A stretch of 64,000 bases of DNA from Desulfosudaceae bacterium (GCA_963674745.2 CAXXDV010000003.1:2240001-2304000), one strand, 5' to 3'. Positions 47,491-57,839 are shown, numbered from the stretch's first letter. Notes: generated by a model from the sequence alone, not told the origin. A program made the numbers and translations.

Positions 47491-47937
47491 ATGGAATTAA
47501 TCGATTACACGGGCCGACGCTTTGTCAAACATCTTGAATCCACGGACAAATATGCGGCCATTGAGGAACTGGCCGGTCTTTTTCGTAACAGCGGTATCTG
47601 CCCGGACATCGACAGCCTCATCGCCGCGCTCAAGGAGCGTGAGCAGATCATGTCAACAGGCATCGGTTTTGGAATCGCGGTTCCTCACGCCAGAATTAAA
47701 GAGGTCAAACGGATCGCCTTTGCCATCGGCATATCCAGGAACGGCATTGATTTTGATGCCATGGACAGGGAGCCGGCCAACCTGATCATACTGGTCGCCG
47801 CCGGTGATTTGCAGCATATGGAATATTTAAGATTGTTGTCCCGCATTATGAATCTTTTAAAACAAGAGCATGCACAGGAACGAATCATCTCCGCCACTGA
47901 CCTTGATCAGGTCATCGATATTATAAAAAACGCATAA
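47491..47937 (+). CDS. PTS EIIA (Ntr/fructose-type) domain protein
   Basis: REQIMSTGIGFGIAVPHAR. Confidence 0.9.
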   Translation: MELIDYTGRRFVKHLESTDKYAAIEELAGLFRNSGICPDIDSLIAALKEREQIMSTGIGFGIAVPHARIKEVKRIAFAIGISRNGIDFDAMDREPANLIILVAAGDLQHMEYLRLLSRIMNLLKQEHAQERIISATDLDQVIDIIKNA

Positions 47938-47958
47938 TTTTTTTAACAGTACAACCCC

Positions 47959-49776
47959 ATGACACAACCCCTGCCGCAGAAACACCGCTTTTTTTCTCTG
48001 CCTTTTATAAAGGACTCCATTGCCGGTATTTACCGGGGTTCAGACATATCCCGGTATGTGGGACAAATCTTTTTCGCGATTTTGATCGGTGCCCTGGCTG
48101 GTCTGGGTGCCATGCTTTTCCATCACGCGGTTGAGGCCATGCGGGTTCTGTTTACCCGTCCCGGCCTGCCGCACCTGACATTTTACGACATCAGCCTGAT
48201 GGTTGTTATTCCCGTTATCGGCGGCGTGCTGGTCGCATCAGCCACCTGGGCTTTTCCAAAAATAGCCCGGGAAAAAGGCGTCGACAGTGTCATCAAGGCG
48301 CTGATTATTAAAAACGGATATATACCGTTAAAGACGACTGTTTTTCATATGATCGTTTCGATCCTGTCCATCGGCACGGGCGCTCCGCTGGGGCCTGAAG
48401 GCCCGGTGGCAAAAATCGGCAGCGGTATCGGCTCGTTTATGTCCCAACGGTTTCACTTAAACCGGAAAAGCATGAAACTGTTCACGGCAGCCGGTGCCGG
48501 CGCCGCCATATCCGCGGTCTTTAACGCGCCCATAGCCGGTGTTTTTTTCGGGATTGAAGTCGTTCTCCTCAATGACCTGAAGAATGAAGCCTTGAGTTTC
48601 CTGATCATCTCTTCGGTTGTGGCGGATATCCTGTCACGGGCGTTACTGGGGAATGAAACGATTTTCACCATTCCGGACTACCCGCTTATTCTGTTTTCAG
48701 AATATCCCTGGTTTCTTGTATTCGCCCTGTTCTGCGGTCTGCTGTCCCTGCTGTATTTCGGGGCCGGGAATTTTTTCAAACACCTGTTTGATCATATCCT
48801 GGGGCTCAAAAATCCCTATTTGAGACTTTTGCCGGTTTCCCTCCTGTTTGGGGTTGTTCTGCTGAAATACGAGGCCCTGTTCGGCATGGGATACAATACC
48901 ATGAACCAGGTTTTAAACAGTGAATTCGCGCTATCGGCCGTCATCAGCCTGCTGGTATTTAGAATACTGTTCCTGGCGCTGTTTTTAACCGCCGGCGCCT
49001 ACGGGGGAACATACGCCCCCTCCCTGGCGATTGGCGCCATGTTCGGTTTTGTCTTCGCCACCGTGGTCAACCTTCTCTTCGGCCTGACCTTGAATCCGAC
49101 TGCTTTCGCCCTGGTGGGGATGGGGGGTATGCTGGCCGGTATTAACTCCACGCCCCTGACAGCCATGATGCTGGTATTTGAACTGACCCGGGACTACCGC
49201 ATTATCCTGCCGCTGATGCTGGCCTCCATCCTGTCCTACATCGTTGTCCTCTACGTAAACAAACGAACCGTATACGCCCAGGCACTGCTCAAGGAGGGCA
49301 TTGATGTCAGCGCCATGGGTGAAGTGGACATCCTCGGCCGGGTCAAGGTCAAACAACTGATGGTGACCAACGTCGAGACCGTCATTTACCGTATGCCTTT
49401 TCAGGAACTGCTCAGAAAGCTGCTGCATTCAGCTTACGGAGAGGTCTGCGTCGTCAATGACGAAGACGGGCTGATGGGTGTTATTTCCCTCAAAAGCGTC
49501 CGGCAGGCCTTAATTACCCATGAGCTTGTGGATCTGCTCATCGCCGGTGACCTGGTCATCCCCATTCCGGCCGTTACTGAGGAAGACCCGGTCTCCAGCG
49601 CCCTTGAGAACATTAAAAAATTTGATATTGAAAACATACCGGTCATTTCGTCCGGCCGTGAGCCGTTAAAAATTACGGGTATATTGAGACATCAGGATAT
49701 CCTTCAGGCATACAACGCGCTTCGGGAAGGATGGGCGACCAATCGGTTTCTGACCAACTACAACAATCCGGATTAA
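47959..49776 (+). CDS. ClC-family chloride channel/transporter with CBS domains
   Basis: LGPEGP, FNAPIAGVFFGIE, FELTRDY; CBS pair. Confidence 0.92.
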   Translation: MTQPLPQKHRFFSLPFIKDSIAGIYRGSDISRYVGQIFFAILIGALAGLGAMLFHHAVEAMRVLFTRPGLPHLTFYDISLMVVIPVIGGVLVASATWAFPKIAREKGVDSVIKALIIKNGYIPLKTTVFHMIVSILSIGTGAPLGPEGPVAKIGSGIGSFMSQRFHLNRKSMKLFTAAGAGAAISAVFNAPIAGVFFGIEVVLLNDLKNEALSFLIISSVVADILSRALLGNETIFTIPDYPLILFSEYPWFLVFALFCGLLSLLYFGAGNFFKHLFDHILGLKNPYLRLLPVSLLFGVVLLKYEALFGMGYNTMNQVLNSEFALSAVISLLVFRILFLALFLTAGAYGGTYAPSLAIGAMFGFVFATVVNLLFGLTLNPTAFALVGMGGMLAGINSTPLTAMMLVFELTRDYRIILPLMLASILSYIVVLYVNKRTVYAQALLKEGIDVSAMGEVDILGRVKVKQLMVTNVETVIYRMPFQELLRKLLHSAYGEVCVVNDEDGLMGVISLKSVRQALITHELVDLLIAGDLVIPIPAVTEEDPVSSALENIKKFDIENIPVISSGREPLKITGILRHQDILQAYNALREGWATNRFLTNYNNPD

Positions 49777-49871
49777 ATCCGTTAAATGCATTACTTACGG
49801 TTGCATTGTTAAATTAATCATGGCATAATCCTTTTTTTCTGGGATACGGGTTAACATCTAAGATAAAAGAC

Positions 49872-51197
49872 ATGAACGACGATACGACTTATAAAGAACG
49901 CCGCCGTGAACCCCGGGTAAGTATTGATAACGGCACAGCCGCCGTACTGACCCATAATCAGGTCAGGATCGGAAAAATTATAGATATCGGCATGGGCGGT
50001 ATCGGGTTCAGTTATATCGGTGATAACGATGGCGATTTGACGGGAAAATCCTCCCGTATCGACATGCTGATCCACAACTACAATTTCTACTTTGAAAAAA
50101 TCCCCTGCAGCATTATTACCGATTTTGTTGTCCAGAACAATTTTTCACTGGATGCCAAACCCCTTAAACGATGTGACATCAAGTTTCTGGAGCTCAACCG
50201 GTCGCAAAAAGCCCAGCTGGAATACCTGATTTCCAGCCAGGAGAAACAGCCCCCGGCCAAACACAGCTATCTGGAAAAACAGCTGATCCACAGCGAGGAA
50301 AAATACCGTACCATACTGGAAAGTATCGAAGAAGGGTATTTTGAGGTGGATATCGCCGGGAATGTGACTTTTTTTAACAGTTCCATGCTGAAAATGATCG
50401 GATACACCGAAGAAGAACTGCTGGGACTGAACTACCGCAAATTCATGGACCAGTGGACAAGCCAGAAAGTCTTCCGGGAATATAACAAGGCCTATCGAAC
50501 CGGCGCCCTGCCGACGCCTTTTGACTGGGAACTGGTCAAGAAAAACGGCGAAAAGATTCACGTGGAGACATCGCTTTCCTTTATTAAAAACTCGCGGGAT
50601 GAAGTAATCGGTTTTCGGGGTGTGGCCCGTGACATCAGCGTCCGCAAGAAATTCGAAGAAGAATTATTGTATATGGCCTCACATGATCACCTGACAGGTC
50701 TGTACAATCGCGGGGCACTGTTTGAACGTCTCCGCGAAACACTGGCCTATTCCAGGCGGTTTGATAAAAAATGCGCCCTTCTTTTTCTGGATCTGGACAA
50801 TTTTAAAAACGTCAATGACGCTTTCGGGCATGAAACCGGTGACATGGTTCTCCAGGAAACGGCCAGGCGCCTGGCGTCGATGTTAAGAGAAACAGATTAT
50901 CTGTGCCGCCATGGAGGTGATGAATTTACCATTTTGCTGAACAATCCGGACAACATGAATCCGGAAGAAGTCGCCCGTAAAATCATTGAAAAAATTTCCG
51001 TTCCTTTTCAGATCAAATCGGACAGCATCGATTTTGTTACCACCAGTATCGGTATCAGCATCTATCCGGATGACGGGACGACCATCGACGACCTGGTCAA
51101 GCATGCCGACCAGGCCATGTATAAAGCCAAAGAGCAGCGCAACACCTATATCTGTTATGACAAAGGCGGTTTCTCGCCGACAATGACCCGTTCCTGA
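49872..51197 (+). CDS. Diguanylate cyclase, PilZ-PAS-GGDEF
   Basis: RRREPR/DIGMGG PilZ-like motifs; PAS; RETD I-site; GGDEF. Confidence 0.9.
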   Translation: MNDDTTYKERRREPRVSIDNGTAAVLTHNQVRIGKIIDIGMGGIGFSYIGDNDGDLTGKSSRIDMLIHNYNFYFEKIPCSIITDFVVQNNFSLDAKPLKRCDIKFLELNRSQKAQLEYLISSQEKQPPAKHSYLEKQLIHSEEKYRTILESIEEGYFEVDIAGNVTFFNSSMLKMIGYTEEELLGLNYRKFMDQWTSQKVFREYNKAYRTGALPTPFDWELVKKNGEKIHVETSLSFIKNSRDEVIGFRGVARDISVRKKFEEELLYMASHDHLTGLYNRGALFERLRETLAYSRRFDKKCALLFLDLDNFKNVNDAFGHETGDMVLQETARRLASMLRETDYLCRHGGDEFTILLNNPDNMNPEEVARKIIEKISVPFQIKSDSIDFVTTSIGISIYPDDGTTIDDLVKHADQAMYKAKEQRNTYICYDKGGFSPTMTRS

Positions 51198-51263
51198 TCG
51201 CTTTTCCAGAAAGCTTCATTATCCGCAACACAACTGTTTAAAATAATCGGACCGGCCGGTTGT

Positions 51264-51543
51264 GTGGTGAAGTGGTTATGTGATTATGTGTTTAAGTGGT
51301 TAGGTGATCGGGGTTTGAGAAGGGGCGGGTGCCCGCTTTGCGGGGGCAGGGCCCCCAATAAACGCCAGCTTGTTTTTTTAGAATAAACGCTGAACATTGA
51401 ACGGCCAACATCGAACATCCAATTCGGGCAGGCACGGGGGCCTGCCCCTACATTTATTCATGAACGATCGCCACGGTCCGTAGGGGCAACCCCCTGTGGT
51501 TGCCCTATCCGTTTTTCGGGCAGGCACGGGGGCCTGCCCCTAC
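51264..51543. repeat. Composite intergenic repeat patch: octamer array, AACAT[CT]G-type heptamers and a GTAG REP cluster
   Basis: 51264-51309 octamers; ~51390-51423 aacattg/aacatcg units; 51426-51543 REPs. Confidence 0.8.
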
Positions 51544-51581
51544 CGCCTTTTTTATCGTATGTTAGTCTGGTTTGAAAAATT

Positions 51582-52613
51582 TTATGAAATATCCGGACCA
51601 GTGTCATTTGGTGTGATCAGCAACAGGTTGTTCTCCAGCCGTGTTTTGACCAACTGCTTGTATTCCAGCATCTGGACGTGGGTGTAGACCTCTGATACGG
51701 CCAGAAAAATTTCAAGGGGCAGCCGGGCCGTATTGAGGTTGGTAAAAAGTTTGCGGGCGATTTTGTAAACCACGGATTCGCCTCCGGAAATGATGCCCAT
51801 GATCAGGTCTTCCCGCTGCCTGAAGTTCTCCTTGTACATAGCGGTCACTTCGGCCAGATTTTCAATGGGCCTGCCATGGGCCGGGAAGACCAGCCGCGGC
51901 GCCAGCCGGTTGATCTTATCAACTGATTCATAGAATTCTTTCTGGCTCATACGGCTGGGCAACGTTTTACCTTCTTCCAGCATGACAAAGGCGTTGGGGG
52001 TAATGTGCGGCAGGATATGATCCCCGGAAAAAAGTACATTTTCCTGCTCGGCATGCAGACAGATGGAATCGACTGTATGACCGGGGGTTTCAATGACACG
52101 ACAGGCATAATCACCCAGGGGAATTACCTGTCCCTCGGTAATATGGGTGGTCACCCGGCACTTTTCACCCAGTAAGGCGAAGGCCGAGGAGAGCACACGC
52201 ATGGAATTACGAACCAGCGTGGGAACCCCCATCAGGGTTAAAAAATGGCCCATTGTCTCCCTGGAAACGCCCAGTCCGGTGGCGATACTGGTTGTCCTGA
52301 CAAAATTACCGGCCACGTCAACAGGGGATTCGGCAGCACGCAGAATTTTCTTAACCGCCCCGTAATGATCAATATGGCTGTGGGTCAAAACAATACGATC
52401 AACGTCACTGAAAGACAAGCCGTGTTCGGCCAGGGCTTTGCCGAGAATACTGAACCCCTTTGATGTGCCGCTGTCCAGAAGAGTGACATTATCCCTGCCG
52501 ATAAAAAGGTATACATTGACCGGCCCTGGTTTTTCTCCCGGCAGGGGCAGCGTCACCCGAAAAACGCCGGGCATGACTTGTGCGCTCAATTTTAAATTAT
52601 GTGGTTGAAGCAT
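51582..52613 (-). CDS. MBL-fold metallo-hydrolase
   Basis: THSHIDHYG, TPGHT, SGDH, PAHG. Confidence 0.92.
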   Translation of the reverse strand: MLQPHNLKLSAQVMPGVFRVTLPLPGEKPGPVNVYLFIGRDNVTLLDSGTSKGFSILGKALAEHGLSFSDVDRIVLTHSHIDHYGAVKKILRAAESPVDVAGNFVRTTSIATGLGVSRETMGHFLTLMGVPTLVRNSMRVLSSAFALLGEKCRVTTHITEGQVIPLGDYACRVIETPGHTVDSICLHAEQENVLFSGDHILPHITPNAFVMLEEGKTLPSRMSQKEFYESVDKINRLAPRLVFPAHGRPIENLAEVTAMYKENFRQREDLIMGIISGGESVVYKIARKLFTNLNTARLPLEIFLAVSEVYTHVQMLEYKQLVKTRLENNLLLITPNDTGPDIS

Positions 52614-52636
52614 GAAGAGATTTCCCGTGCGGCATT

Positions 52637-52683
52637 TGATACACCCGTAAAAGTCATAATTCGGACTTTTTACGAAGCCATCA
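52637..52683. repeat. Palindromic repeat TGAT..GTAAAA[A]G..GACTTTTTAC..ATCA; a relative lies at 63454-63504
   Basis: Two imperfect hairpins with shared ends. Confidence 0.6.
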
Positions 52684-53005
52684 GCATTTTTCGGATAACA
52701 CTTTTATCCCCCTTGTCGATATCATCCAAGGCCAGTTTTATCGCGGCTTCAACCAGGGTAGATTTATTGTCAATACGAACGTCCCCCTCAAGTTTAAGCG
52801 CGTAAAAGGTCCTGTCAAACCGTTCCAGAAGTTCTGCAGGCAAATAAAAACCGGCTTTTTTTTTGGCTGCCGAAACAGAAGTCTTCTTCTTTTCTTCTAC
52901 AGAAGAAGTCTTCTGTTCATGTTGATGACCGGTCGCCAGGCTTACTGGATCAAACGGCCCGGGGTCGAAAAACTCAGGCGTCTTTTTCTTTTTGTGTGCC
53001 ATCAT
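52670..53005 (-). CDS. Small ParA-partner protein (putative DNA-binding, ribbon-helix-helix-like C-terminus)
   Basis: Overlaps the parA end; low-complexity N-terminus, then KAGFYLPAELLERF...NKSTLVEAAIKLAL. Confidence 0.6.
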   Translation of the reverse strand: MMAHKKKKTPEFFDPGPFDPVSLATGHQHEQKTSSVEEKKKTSVSAAKKKAGFYLPAELLERFDRTFYALKLEGDVRIDNKSTLVEAAIKLALDDIDKGDKSVIRKMLMAS

Positions 53006-53759
53006 CCATCACCCTCCTGATAAGTTCTCGATATCCCTCTGCGCCCGTTGATCCCGGACGGTGCTCAAAAATGGTCTTACCGGCAGTGGCGGCCTCTGAA
53101 AGGCTGGTGTTGTAACCCACAGGCTCGCACATCTGTCGGGAAAAATACTTATCCAGAAGCGCCAGGATCGAAAAACTGTGCCTGGTGCGCCGGTCAAACA
53201 TGGTCGGTACCACGTATTTTAACCGCAGATCGGGGTTGAGTTTCTGGGCTGACAGCAGGTAGGTAAAGAACGTCTTCAACCCGGCCAGGGCCGGCCCCTG
53301 CAAAGCCACCGGGCAGATGACCTCGTTCGCCGCCATGAGGATGTTGACACTTAACACATCCCATCCCGGTGAGCAGTCAAAAATCAGGTAATCGACCGAA
53401 CCGCCCCGAGGAATCAGTGCTTCGGCCAGAACGCTGTGCCGCCGATCGGCCGGTTGTTCACCCAGACGGTTTTTCAGTTCGACCAGCAGCATGCCGCCTG
53501 AGATGAGCCATAAATTATCACGCGCCGGATACAGGGCCTGCGACTTGCTGATAGCGGTCCCGTTTTTTTCCTCTCCGGTGACAAATTCATATAAGCCGTA
53601 ATCCGGTTTCACACCCAGAAATTCAGAAGCCTGGGCCTGGGTATCGCAATCCACCAGAACCACGCTGGCACCGTTTAAGGCCAGTCCATGGGCCAGGTTA
53701 ACAGCCGTGGTTGTTTTGCCGACGCCTCCCTTGGCCATGGCCACCGCAATCTTTCGCAT
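52974..53759 (-). CDS. ParA/Soj family ATPase
   Basis: KGGVGKTTTAVNLA, DCDTQA, DCSP, PTMFDRRT. Confidence 0.95.
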   Translation of the reverse strand: MRKIAVAMAKGGVGKTTTAVNLAHGLALNGASVVLVDCDTQAQASEFLGVKPDYGLYEFVTGEEKNGTAISKSQALYPARDNLWLISGGMLLVELKNRLGEQPADRRHSVLAEALIPRGGSVDYLIFDCSPGWDVLSVNILMAANEVICPVALQGPALAGLKTFFTYLLSAQKLNPDLRLKYVVPTMFDRRTRHSFSILALLDKYFSRQMCEPVGYNTSLSEAATAGKTIFEHRPGSTGAEGYRELIRRVMDDGTQKEKDA

Positions 53760-53782
53760 GTCCCCCCTCTTCTATTCTAGTA

Positions 53783-53824
53783 TTCTTCTACAGAAGAAAT
53801 ACCGGTTTTTGATTCTAAAGTCAA
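53783..53824 (-). promoter_or_regulatory. Putative parA promoter overlapped by the 16-bp inverted repeat TTCTTCT-AC-AGAAGAA
   Basis: TTGACT-17nt-TATTTC on the minus strand; inverted repeat 53783-53798 is repeated at 52892-52907. Confidence 0.6.
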
Positions 53825-53931
53825 TATACGGTATATTATTTTTTAAATTGTCTGTTCGTTGCAGCAAACCAATGACATATTTTTAAGTCGACCCTTTGGT
53901 TTTAGAAGGGGTCGAGGATTCAAGGGGTCAA

Positions 53932-54759
53932 GTGAACGACCATAATATAGAAATTTCCACCACCTTCAAAAAACATTATCCCTTTCGACTGGCCTGCCCT
54001 TCGTTTATTTACCCGGCCGGATATGCGGACAACGTCAGGCGCCTTGGTGCCTGCGTTGATGAAATTGAGCTGCTGCTTCTGGAAAGTGCGCCCGAATGCC
54101 TGCCCTTAAAAAATGAAATCCATGAACTGGCGGCCTTGAAGAACGATTCCGAGATTACGTTCAACATTCATTTACCGACAGACATTCACTTCGAAGACGG
54201 AAAGCCGGCATCCGGGAATACGGCTGTTGATGCCCTTCTGCAGGCCATTGATCTTGCCCGGCCTCTGGAACCCGTGTCCTGGACACTCCATGTTCCGTTC
54301 AACGGTGAGCCCGATAATGAAGACGGCATCATTGCCTGGCAGGAACGCGTCCGGCATAACCTGAAACGACTGCTGTCCGTAAGCGGCCTTCCGGCCAGGA
54401 TTGTCGCGATTGAAAATCTTGATTATCCACTGGAATACCTGGACGCCGTCATCCGGGAACTGGATTTTTCAATTTGCCTGGATACCGGGCATCTTATGGT
54501 TCAGGGAAAAGATTGCGTGGATTTCTACAGGACCTGGCAGGAACGGATCATCATTATCCACACCCACGGTGTGCAGAGCGGACGGGACCATCTGCCCCTG
54601 GACCGTCTTTCAAGAGTTCAGACCGAGCAGATCACCCACATCCTCCAGGCGTTTGAACAGAGCCTGTCATTGGAAGTCTTTTCGCTTCCAGCGCTGACCG
54701 CCTCTCTGGATTATCTTGACAGGATATGTCGAAATTTACCACAATCCCAACATGAATGA
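53932..54759 (+). CDS. cbiR: TIM-barrel (AP endonuclease 2-like) protein, probably cobamide-remodelling phosphodiesterase CbiR
   Basis: FRLACPSFIYP..NV..L...VDEIELLLLES, HLP.D, IENLDY, CLDTGH, HTHG...DH, LEVF. Confidence 0.65.
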   Translation: MNDHNIEISTTFKKHYPFRLACPSFIYPAGYADNVRRLGACVDEIELLLLESAPECLPLKNEIHELAALKNDSEITFNIHLPTDIHFEDGKPASGNTAVDALLQAIDLARPLEPVSWTLHVPFNGEPDNEDGIIAWQERVRHNLKRLLSVSGLPARIVAIENLDYPLEYLDAVIRELDFSICLDTGHLMVQGKDCVDFYRTWQERIIIIHTHGVQSGRDHLPLDRLSRVQTEQITHILQAFEQSLSLEVFSLPALTASLDYLDRICRNLPQSQHE

Positions 54760-56146
54760 ACCGTTTATAGAAAAGACGTCCAAACGGCGTATTCTACTCG
54801 TCCTTCTGGTTGTCATCAGCATGATGGCCCTGGAGACCGGCCAGTATTTCATATTTTATGATTATTCTCTGGAAAAAATCCAAAAACGCGGCAAACTGGT
54901 CGTTCTGACGGAAAACAACGCCAACTCCTATTACCTGTATCGTGAAGCCCCCATGGGGTTTGAATATGAACTAGCCAAGGCCTTTGCCGATTACCTCGGT
55001 GTGAAACTTGAAATCAGGACCCCGGGCTGGACGCAACTTTTCAAATCACTGCTGGAGGGAAAAGGCGACCTGATCGCAGCCGGCATCAGCATCAACCCGG
55101 AACGGAAGGGATTGTGTTCATTTTCAGAGTCTTATATGACTGTTCAACAGCAGGTCATTTTAAACAAACGCAATAACGTCATCAATAACCTCGAAGATCT
55201 GACCGGTCACATCATCCATGTCAGGCAGGGCACCGCTTATGAAAAACAATTAAAAGTCCTTCAGCACCAGGGGCTTAAGCTGACCTTATTATCTCACACG
55301 GACATCACCACCGAAGAGTTAATCCAGCTGGTGGCCGCCCGGCAGATACCGGTCACCATTGCCAACTCCAACATTGCCCTGCTGAATCGTCGATATTATC
55401 CGGACATCAAAATTGCCTTTCCCATTGGTGAGAAGCAGCACCTGGCCTGGGCCGTGCGTCAAAAAGACAAAAACCTGCTGAACGAAATCAACACCTTTTT
55501 AGATATCATGAAAAAAAACGGTTCACTGAAGAAAATTTTCAACCGTTACTATGCCACCGTCAACGATTTTGACTATGTGGATTTGAAGAAATTTCACCGC
55601 CGTTTGCAAACCCGGCTTCCTGAGTTCAGGGAAGTCATTGAACAACAGGCTGAAAGGTATGGTTTTGACTGGCGATTGATCGCGGCCGTGATTTATCAGG
55701 AATCCCATTTTAATCCATTTGCCACCAGCCATACCGGCGTCAAGGGCATTATGCAGCTAACGGAGATGACGGCGGATGAGCTTGGTGTCAAAGACCGGTT
55801 CGATCCAGTGGAGAGCATTAAGGGTGGTGTGCAATACCTGGCCAAAATGCGTGCCCGGTTCAGCCATATTAAAGACCGCCATACCCGCCTGCAGTTTACC
55901 CTGGCCAGTTACAACATCGGCTACGGCCATGTCCGTGACGCCCAGAAGCTGGCGCGAAAGATGGGGCTGGATGACGCTTCCTGGCAGGATTTAAAAACCG
56001 TCCTGCCGCTGCTGCGAAACAAGACATATTACGCCACAACCGACTACGGTTACGCCCGGGGCAACGAAGCGGTCCGTTATGTCCAACGGGTTCTGCTTTA
56101 TTATGATATTTTAAAAAACAGGGCGCTGGAGCTGAAAAGAATCTAG
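54752..56146 (+). CDS. mltF: Membrane-bound lytic murein transglycosylase MltF
   Basis: SBP domain (GFEYELA) plus SLT domain (YQESHF, GIMQL, ASYNIGYGH, GYARGNEA). Confidence 0.93.
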   Translation: MNEPFIEKTSKRRILLVLLVVISMMALETGQYFIFYDYSLEKIQKRGKLVVLTENNANSYYLYREAPMGFEYELAKAFADYLGVKLEIRTPGWTQLFKSLLEGKGDLIAAGISINPERKGLCSFSESYMTVQQQVILNKRNNVINNLEDLTGHIIHVRQGTAYEKQLKVLQHQGLKLTLLSHTDITTEELIQLVAARQIPVTIANSNIALLNRRYYPDIKIAFPIGEKQHLAWAVRQKDKNLLNEINTFLDIMKKNGSLKKIFNRYYATVNDFDYVDLKKFHRRLQTRLPEFREVIEQQAERYGFDWRLIAAVIYQESHFNPFATSHTGVKGIMQLTEMTADELGVKDRFDPVESIKGGVQYLAKMRARFSHIKDRHTRLQFTLASYNIGYGHVRDAQKLARKMGLDDASWQDLKTVLPLLRNKTYYATTDYGYARGNEAVRYVQRVLLYYDILKNRALELKRI

Positions 56147-56417
56147 CCCGATATTTCACGAGTTGTTTTGGACGGTTCAGCAAGGCGCAGGTCGCGAAGC
56201 TGTAGTAAATCTACCGCGAGCGGCCTGCAACACAGCTGAAGCGTTCAAGGTGACTCGCCCGAAGGGTGAATTTTTTCGACATAAAAATGCTGCTTAATTC
56301 CTTAAACCGCTTACGACAGTTTGTCTTTATGAAAAACGCGTAAACATTATTTTAACTAATTGTATTTGGTAGACATCTTTTCCTGTGTCGAAAAAATTCA
56401 TGAAATATTCGGGCTAG
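56143..56417. mobile_element. MITE-like element with ~20-bp terminal inverted repeats, bounded by CTAG
   Basis: CTAGCCCGATATTTCACGA ... TCATGAAATATTCGGGCTAG; internal ~95-nt hairpin 56160-56256; no ORF. Confidence 0.75.
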
Positions 56418-56752
56418 CCCGGGGGCCAGCCGAAAGGCCGCCCCGCCAGGACATGCAGGTGAACGTGAAACACGGTCTGCCCCACGGCTTCACCGTTATT
56501 GATCACCATCCGGTAGTCGCTGATATTCTTCTGGCGGCACACCTTTGCGGCCACATGGAACAGGCGGCCGATCAACTCGCTCTGCCCCGCCTCCATTTCC
56601 GCGATCATGGGGATATGCGCCCTGGGAACAACCAGAAAATGGGTCGGGGCCTGGGGGTTAATGTCGTTAAACGCCACCACGGTATCATCTTCATAAACCA
56701 TATCACCCGGGATCTCGCCACTGGCGATTTTACAGAAAAGGCAGTCTGTCAT
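56414..56752 (-). CDS. hinT: Histidine triad nucleotide-binding protein
   Basis: DCLFCKI, DINPQAPTH, GQTVFHVHLHVL; AGGAGG RBS. Confidence 0.95.
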   Translation of the reverse strand: MTDCLFCKIASGEIPGDMVYEDDTVVAFNDINPQAPTHFLVVPRAHIPMIAEMEAGQSELIGRLFHVAAKVCRQKNISDYRMVINNGEAVGQTVFHVHLHVLAGRPFGWPPG

Positions 56753-57154
56753 CTCGTCCTCCTTCATGGTAGGGGCATCATTGATTATGGTGTATACAAA
56801 AAAAAGCCCCGGCCGAAGCAGGAAGAAGCATTGGTTTTTGTTGCGTCAGCAGAGGCCAAACCGGAGAAAACCGTCAAGCCCTCCCCGCGTTTATCTCTGG
56901 TTTTATATCAATAAACGCGTTTAAGGTCAACTTTGATCAAATAAGGGACTGATCTTTTTTCTGGATGCCGGATCGGAGTCCGGCATGACGAGGCGAACCC
57001 CATAATCACTTAATCACATAATCACTTAACCACGACCACACACAAAAAAGAGTATTGCAGTTTTTGTTCGTCGACGTTAATATACTCAAAAATAAGGCTA
57101 ATTTTACTCCAAACAAATCCGGCCGGAAGGCCGGGGAAAAAGCATCAGGGAACC

Positions 57155-57838
57155 ATGGAAGAACGGCCGCCCATTATCAGAATATTTCACGTTTACAAAC
57201 GGTTCGGCTCTCACACGGTACTGACTGACATTTCCGTGGATATCGCTGCCAACGATTTCCTGTTTGTTACCGGCCCCAGTGGCGCGGGAAAGACGACGCT
57301 GCTGAAACTGATGTACCTGGGCGAATCCATTTCAGAAGGTCAGATCCTGGTTGACGGCATGAACCTGACCCGCATGAAACGGGACCGGATTGCCTTTCTA
57401 AGACGAAAATTCGGTATTATATTCCAGGATTACAACCTGATCCCGACCAAAAACGTTTTTGATAATATCGCCCTGGTGCTTGAGGTCATGGGGCAGAGCA
57501 AAAGAAGTCAGATTGTCAAAAAAGTAAACAGTGTTCTCCGGGCAGTGGGTATGGAAAAACAGGCGGACGCGTTCCCGCCCAGCCTGTCCGGAGGTGAACA
57601 GCAGAAAGTCACGATCGCCCGGGCAATTGCCGGCGACCCGAAAATCATCCTGGCTGATGAGCCTACCGGAAGCCTGGATGAAGATTCGGCCGAAGATATC
57701 ATCAACCTGTTAAAACTGCTTCACTCACGCGGCGTGACCGTAATCATCGCCACCCATGACAAGGAGTTGATATCCAGCATTAAAAACGCCAGAGAACTCC
57801 GCTTAAGCCATGGGCATGTACTGGAGTTACCCCATTAA
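57155..57838 (+). CDS. ftsE: Cell division ATP-binding protein FtsE
   Basis: [21 protein letters not shown]; upstream of ftsX. Confidence 0.9.
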   Translation: MEERPPIIRIFHVYKRFGSHTVLTDISVDIAANDFLFVTGPSGAGKTTLLKLMYLGESISEGQILVDGMNLTRMKRDRIAFLRRKFGIIFQDYNLIPTKNVFDNIALVLEVMGQSKRSQIVKKVNSVLRAVGMEKQADAFPPSLSGGEQQKVTIARAIAGDPKIILADEPTGSLDEDSAEDIINLLKLLHSRGVTVIIATHDKELISSIKNARELRLSHGHVLELPH

Positions 57839-57839
57839 C

